64,000 nucleotides of DNA from Planctomycetota bacterium (lineage in GTDB: Bacteria; Planctomycetota; UBA11346). The notes under the pieces were generated by a model, which saw nothing but the letters and a program-made list of their open reading frames with translations, did not search any database and was not told the origin of the DNA. The stretch is from assembly GCA_038231435.1 (NCBI GenBank), contig JBBRLJ010000028.1:13765-77764 (forward strand). The letters are read 5' to 3'. Below, piece after piece: positions 59,416-64,000 of this stretch (the stretch's first letter is position 1; the number at the start of each line of letters is the position of its first letter). A program made the translations under genes and the position numbers.

Positions 59416-59446
59416 TCTCGGTCCACGAGGCGGGGAATCACATAAT

Positions 59447-59479
59447 GAAGCTCCCTGCGCCCGAGGCGCAGGGAGCTTC
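59447..59479. terminator. Bidirectional hairpin terminator
   Basis: GAAGCTCCCTGCGCC-CGA-GGCGCAGGGAGCTTC between convergent genes. Confidence 0.75.
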
Positions 59480-59501
59480 GTATCACGGATGCCGCACCGG
59501 C

Positions 59502-61910
59502 TCAGTTGTTGGCATGCTTCGGAGCCATCTGCGCGGCCAGGTACGCGCCGCCGATCAGCGCCAGCATCCCCGAGGCTTCCATGCGCACGCCCTCGCTGCT
59601 GGGGACGATGGTCAGGAAGCCGTAGGCGGTATCCGCGCTCAGGCGCTTCTCGTACTCGGCGACGTGGGTGAGCTGATCAGGCGCCAGCATCCCCACGAAT
59701 GGTCCCGCGGTATGCATCATCGCCGCGGGCCGCATCAGCGCGCACACCGTGGGCGAGGCCTTGGGCATGGCCGCCAGCGCGCGGACGATCTCGGGCTGCG
59801 AGGTGAAACCGCCCGAGCGATCCACCGCGCCCAGGCCGCCGGGGTTGGTGGTGCAGACCAGGCGGCCATCGTGCCAGCCCATCCACAGCATCGCCATCCC
59901 TGCCGAGACGCACACGGTGCCGTCGGCGTCTGCGGTCTGTCCGGTGCTGGCGATCAGCGCATCGGCGGCCGACTTCGGCAGGTCGGCCTCGAGCGTGATG
60001 ATCGGCATGGGGCTGCCGGGCTCCAGCCAGGCGACCAGGCTGCCGTCGATGCCGCGCAGTGCCTCGACCGCGGCCTTGGTGACGGTCAGCCTCGCCTGCT
60101 TGCTCGCGTCATCGCCAGAGCCCATCTCGATCGGCAGGACCAGTCCGTCGAATAGGCTCTGCCAGGTATTGGAGAGCCGGGTCTCGTCCGGGTTCATCGC
60201 GACCACCGCGGCCATGAGGGCCTGCGCCGGAATCCCGGCGAACCGCCGCCGATCGACGCGGACTCCGGTTTCCGACGCCCGTCTGTGCTCGGCGTCCACC
60301 CATGGGGAATTCGACAGCAGATGCAGACCGTCGGCGGTCACGGTGACGGCCACCGAACCCAGGGTCATGATCGACGCCGACGTCCCTGGATCCATGAGCA
60401 TCGACATCTCGAGATCGGCATCGGGGATCCGCGACGACATTTCCCCCGCCGGCAGCAACGCGGCCGGCGATAGCGCGGTGGTGGAATGGACATCGAACCG
60501 CGGACCCGTCTGCCGGACCTGGATGTCGCCGCCCCTGCCATGGAGATCAACTCCGCCGTCGACCGGAGCCGCGGTCATCAAGAACGGGAGCGCGCTGGCG
60601 ATCGCCTGCACCTTGTCGATGCCAGGAGCGGTGCCGTCGGCGAAGGTCAGCCAGCCCTCGACGCCAGGCATGCCGGAACCGGTGGCGGCCTTCTCGGCCT
60701 CGCCCCCCTTCTTGGTCTCGGCCGTGACGCGGGCGATCTCATCGTGCACGCGACGGGCCTGATCCGCCGGCGGCAAAGTGGCCAGCTCCTTCTGGAAGCG
60801 CAGCTGCCGCACGCGCTCAGCATCGGGGAACATGGCTTCCAGGTTGATGGCCACCGCGCCTTCGCGCATCGATGCGATCACCGCGAGGATGTCCGCTCCC
60901 GCCGAGGGCAGCAGGGCCAGCTCAGGAAGATGCTTGGCGCGCTCGGCGGAGCGCGCGCCATCGTTCCAACGCAGCACATGCCACGAGTGCGCGTGTTCCG
61001 GATCGATGGCGCCCAGATCGATCAGAGCCGAGGGCGGCGCTGCTGGCACCACGCGCATGGGAGCGGCCTGGACTTTGGCCGCGGCAACGGAGCCGGATTC
61101 CGCCGCGAACATCGAGCAGCTGACGGCGCCGAGGGTGAGGAGGAGAGGCGTGCCGATGATGGCGACATAGGTCATGGGTGAGAGTCCTTGGCGCGACCAG
61201 CGGATGACGCGGGCCGAGAGCGCGGCGGTGGCGGCCGCGCTCCCGGAAGTGGAGGTGATGGATGCGAGATGATGAAGCTGACCAAGCACGTGCACCGGAA
61301 CCCGGGCAAGCGCCTCGGCATTGAGCTGGACGACGAGCGGCGCCGCGCCCAGCTCGATGCCGCGGTCTCCGAGCAGCCTACGCAGCCTGGCGAGGCCGCG
61401 CGCCAGACGATCCTTGACCGTGCTCAGGCCCGAGCCGGTATGCCGCGCGACCTCGGCGATCGAATGCCCGGCGAGATGATGCAGGACCACCGCGTCGCGC
61501 TCGTGCTTGGGAAGCTCGGCGACGCAGGCATCGAGATGCTCCGGCAGGCCATGCATGTCGGTGTCCTCGATGATCGGCGATGCGAGCGAAGGCGTGGGCG
61601 TCGCGGATTCAGCGCGACGCCGGCGTTCGCGATCGCGACTGGCGTTGCGCACCACGTTGCCGGCTACGGTCAGGAGCCAGGCGGCCAACGCCGGACTAGC
61701 GGCCGCCTGGGCGCGCTTGCGAACAAGCACGAGGAAGACCGCCTGCGTCGCATCGTCTGCGTCGGCCGCGCCGAGCGCGCGCCGGCAACGCGCGTAGACC
61801 ATCGGCGCGTAGCGCGTCACGATGCTGTCGAATCCGCGCTCGTCGCCGCCTTCCCAGGCGCGCGCGAGATCAGCATCGGTTCGGATCTGGTCGTCCATCT
61901 GCAGGCTCAT
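59502..61910 (-). CDS. ECF sigma-70 factor with a TM and a large C-terminal extension
   Basis: Region 2 (YAPMVY..ADDATQAVF..AAWL) and region 4 (LPKHERDAV..S.AEVA..STVKDRLARG), then a TM and about 500 aa. Confidence 0.85.
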   Translation of the reverse strand: MSLQMDDQIRTDADLARAWEGGDERGFDSIVTRYAPMVYARCRRALGAADADDATQAVFLVLVRKRAQAAASPALAAWLLTVAGNVVRNASRDRERRRRAESATPTPSLASPIIEDTDMHGLPEHLDACVAELPKHERDAVVLHHLAGHSIAEVARHTGSGLSTVKDRLARGLARLRRLLGDRGIELGAAPLVVQLNAEALARVPVHVLGQLHHLASITSTSGSAAATAALSARVIRWSRQGLSPMTYVAIIGTPLLLTLGAVSCSMFAAESGSVAAAKVQAAPMRVVPAAPPSALIDLGAIDPEHAHSWHVLRWNDGARSAERAKHLPELALLPSAGADILAVIASMREGAVAINLEAMFPDAERVRQLRFQKELATLPPADQARRVHDEIARVTAETKKGGEAEKAATGSGMPGVEGWLTFADGTAPGIDKVQAIASALPFLMTAAPVDGGVDLHGRGGDIQVRQTGPRFDVHSTTALSPAALLPAGEMSSRIPDADLEMSMLMDPGTSASIMTLGSVAVTVTADGLHLLSNSPWVDAEHRRASETGVRVDRRRFAGIPAQALMAAVVAMNPDETRLSNTWQSLFDGLVLPIEMGSGDDASKQARLTVTKAAVEALRGIDGSLVAWLEPGSPMPIITLEADLPKSAADALIASTGQTADADGTVCVSAGMAMLWMGWHDGRLVCTTNPGGLGAVDRSGGFTSQPEIVRALAAMPKASPTVCALMRPAAMMHTAGPFVGMLAPDQLTHVAEYEKRLSADTAYGFLTIVPSSEGVRMEASGMLALIGGAYLAAQMAPKHANN

Positions 61911-62041
61911 GTACGAGTATATGTCCGCTCGCCCACGGATGGCCGGATCATTCTTCGTCGCATCGCCAAATCGTTGCGGCACAGCCGGATGGAGGCCGGC
62001 GGGCGCGACTGGTCACCGGCGGTTGAATTCCCCCGCCCAGG

Positions 62042-62956
62042 GTGAACCTCGCCTCGATGCCGCCCATCCCCGATCCGCTTCCGGGCCTGTGGGTCTGCGG
62101 GCAGACCTCCGTCGATCTGTTCGCGGCCGACGCTGATTTCGCCGTCGACGCTCCGCAATGGTCATGGGATTCCAGGACCGCCACCGATCTGCCCGAGGAG
62201 CGGCGCGACTGGTTCTCATCGACCGATGAGGTCAAGCCGGTGTCGCTCGACGGCGTGCCGTGCGTGCTGATCTCGTCCTCGTGGCGGGGTGCGGTGGGCC
62301 TCGTCCGCCGCATCGATCACGCCGTGCTGTTCACGCTCGCGTTGCCGAACGCGCATTCTGGCGAGCTCCTTCCGGGCGGCTGGATCGCGTGCGCGGGATC
62401 AGATGGATCGGATGCGCTGGTCATCCACCAGGTGTCGGCGGGCGTGCTCGCCGAAGGCGAACGTGCGCGCTTCGCGCTGCCCCACGCCCATGGCGCGGTA
62501 TTCGAGCCGGGCCGCAGCCTGCTGTGGACGTGCGGACGCCAGGTCGTCCAGGCGTATCGCTGGGAGTCGACGCGGGATTCGTTCACCTGCGTGCGCGCCT
62601 GCGAGATCGCCCTGCCCACCGATCAGGCTCACGACCTCATGCCCGATCCGTTCGGCGGGGGGCTGATCGTCACCACCGAGCACAAGGTCTGGCACCTGGA
62701 TCCACTCAGCCACACGATCACCCCGTATGCGCCCATCGCCGATGCCAATGACGTCAAGGGCATCAGCGTCGAAGCCAGCAGCGGCACGCTCGCCATGGTC
62801 AAGGCGCCGGGGGGTGGCTGCTGGTGGACCGATCACGTGCGGCTGCTCGCGCGCAATGGAACCGAGGAACGCCGGACCATCCCTGGCCGCAAGCTCTACA
62901 AGGTGCGCTGGGACCAACCGAGCCGGCTGGAAACCGCGCGCAGCGCGCCCCGCTAA
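62042..62956 (+). CDS. Beta-propeller protein (DUF6528-like)
   Basis: WSW..WF..TDEVKP, NAHSGELLPGG, AHG, HDL, VKGIS, WWT, LYKVRW. Confidence 0.65.
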   Translation: MNLASMPPIPDPLPGLWVCGQTSVDLFAADADFAVDAPQWSWDSRTATDLPEERRDWFSSTDEVKPVSLDGVPCVLISSSWRGAVGLVRRIDHAVLFTLALPNAHSGELLPGGWIACAGSDGSDALVIHQVSAGVLAEGERARFALPHAHGAVFEPGRSLLWTCGRQVVQAYRWESTRDSFTCVRACEIALPTDQAHDLMPDPFGGGLIVTTEHKVWHLDPLSHTITPYAPIADANDVKGISVEASSGTLAMVKAPGGGCWWTDHVRLLARNGTEERRTIPGRKLYKVRWDQPSRLETARSAPR

Positions 62957-63675
62957 TCGTCGAGGTGCGGCTTGATCACCTTGGACCAGAGCGCGTAACC
63001 GTCGGCATTCATGTGGAGGTTGTCCTTGCCGAAGAGCTCCGCGCGCGGCTTGCCAGCCGCGTCGAGCATGGGCGTCGCGACATCGATGTAGGCGGTGCCG
63101 GGATGCTTCGCCACGTACTCCTTCACCAGGGCGTTGGTCTTAAGCGCCTCGGCGAGGATGGCAGCGCGCGCCGGGCTCGGCTTCACGCTGATGAAGTACA
63201 CCTTTGTCGAGGGCAGCGCCTTGCGCACTTTCTCGGCGAGATCGGCGAAATCCTTTGCCACCGCCTCGGGCGTGCGCTTGGCCGCCAGATCGTTGTCGCC
63301 GGCGTAGACGAACACGCGCTTGGGCTTGTAGGGGATGATGATGCGATCGGTGAAGCGCAGAGAATCCGACAGCTGCGAGCCACCGAAACCGCGCTTGACG
63401 ATCGGAGCGGGCGCGAGGTCCGTCGCGATGGTGTCCCATTTGACGATGCTCGAACTGCCGACGAAGACGTTGCCTCCGGCCGCGGGGAACGCCTTGGCGT
63501 CGGAGTCCTCGAAGGCCTTGATCGACGCCTCCCATGGATCGGCCGGCGTGGCGGCGACCGGCTTGGTCCCTCCCGCAGTCGCTTCGGCGGAAAACGCCAC
63601 TGGCAGCCCGGTGACGTCCGCCGCGCACAGCAGGGCGAGCATGCAGGCGAGCGTGTATGGGCGAGAGGTGTTCAT
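62953..63675 (-). CDS. Secreted SGNH/GDSL hydrolase
   Basis: FVGSSSI, RGFGGS, YAGDND, DNLHMN.DGY. Confidence 0.9.
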   Translation of the reverse strand: MNTSRPYTLACMLALLCAADVTGLPVAFSAEATAGGTKPVAATPADPWEASIKAFEDSDAKAFPAAGGNVFVGSSSIVKWDTIATDLAPAPIVKRGFGGSQLSDSLRFTDRIIIPYKPKRVFVYAGDNDLAAKRTPEAVAKDFADLAEKVRKALPSTKVYFISVKPSPARAAILAEALKTNALVKEYVAKHPGTAYIDVATPMLDAAGKPRAELFGKDNLHMNADGYALWSKVIKPHLDD

Positions 63676-64000
63676 GGCGTCTCCGTTCGGACCGACTCTC
63701 TCGGCCACCTCTGGACACGCCATCGACAAGCACTGGGTGCGGACTCGCGCTCGGCGTGCGGATGCGTCGGAACATGGCGAAATCCGCCTCGCAACGCTTG
63801 CTCGCTGTCTGCTACATCTTAGCTTGGGGTCATGCGGAAACCCCGGAGCCCGTCCTCGTTGGGGAGGACGCAGAATTCGGAGAAAAACGCACGCTAAGGG
63901 ATACGGTCTACGGCCTGAACTAATCCATTAGGTGAATTGAGTAGAGAACTGCAATGCCATGTGCAGCGCCTGACGCCGGGGTGCACCGTTACGGTTGGTA

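Overview
GC-rich bacterial chromosome segment. Planctomycetota is my inferred origin, based on an ECF sigma factor with a long C-terminal extension, large membrane Ser/Thr kinases and a CGLG-type C-terminal anchor. From left to right it holds a GH92 mannosidase (5' end outside the window), a kaiC-kaiB pair with two receiver proteins and a decayed histidine kinase, a GH63-like hydrolase, and a RAYT-like HUH transposase whose inverted flank abuts a 5'-truncated tyrosine integrase next to tRNA-Asp/tRNA-Val. Next come a coiled-coil protein plus a MamK-like actin with no magnetosome genes, a MITE-like palindrome, an FHA/lipoprotein/TPR operon, tRNA-Glu, a GldA/GldF-GldG/DUF4340-FKBP ABC operon, a SagB-type nitroreductase, xth, two tandem Ser/Thr kinases, class II RNR (nrdJ) with NrdR-like boxes, and secreted glycan-active enzymes. 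The strongest novel signal is a cassette of two convergent four-helix-bundle (23S-IVP/bAvd-like) genes. Each gene is preceded by a conserved, covarying, multi-branched hairpin, and the cassette sits among 7/8-bp tandem repeats (31.0-32.3 kb). A collapsed second copy of the cassette lies at 22.7-23.0 kb. The MamK-like actin operon is the second notable signal. All calls were made by eye; no database searches were run.
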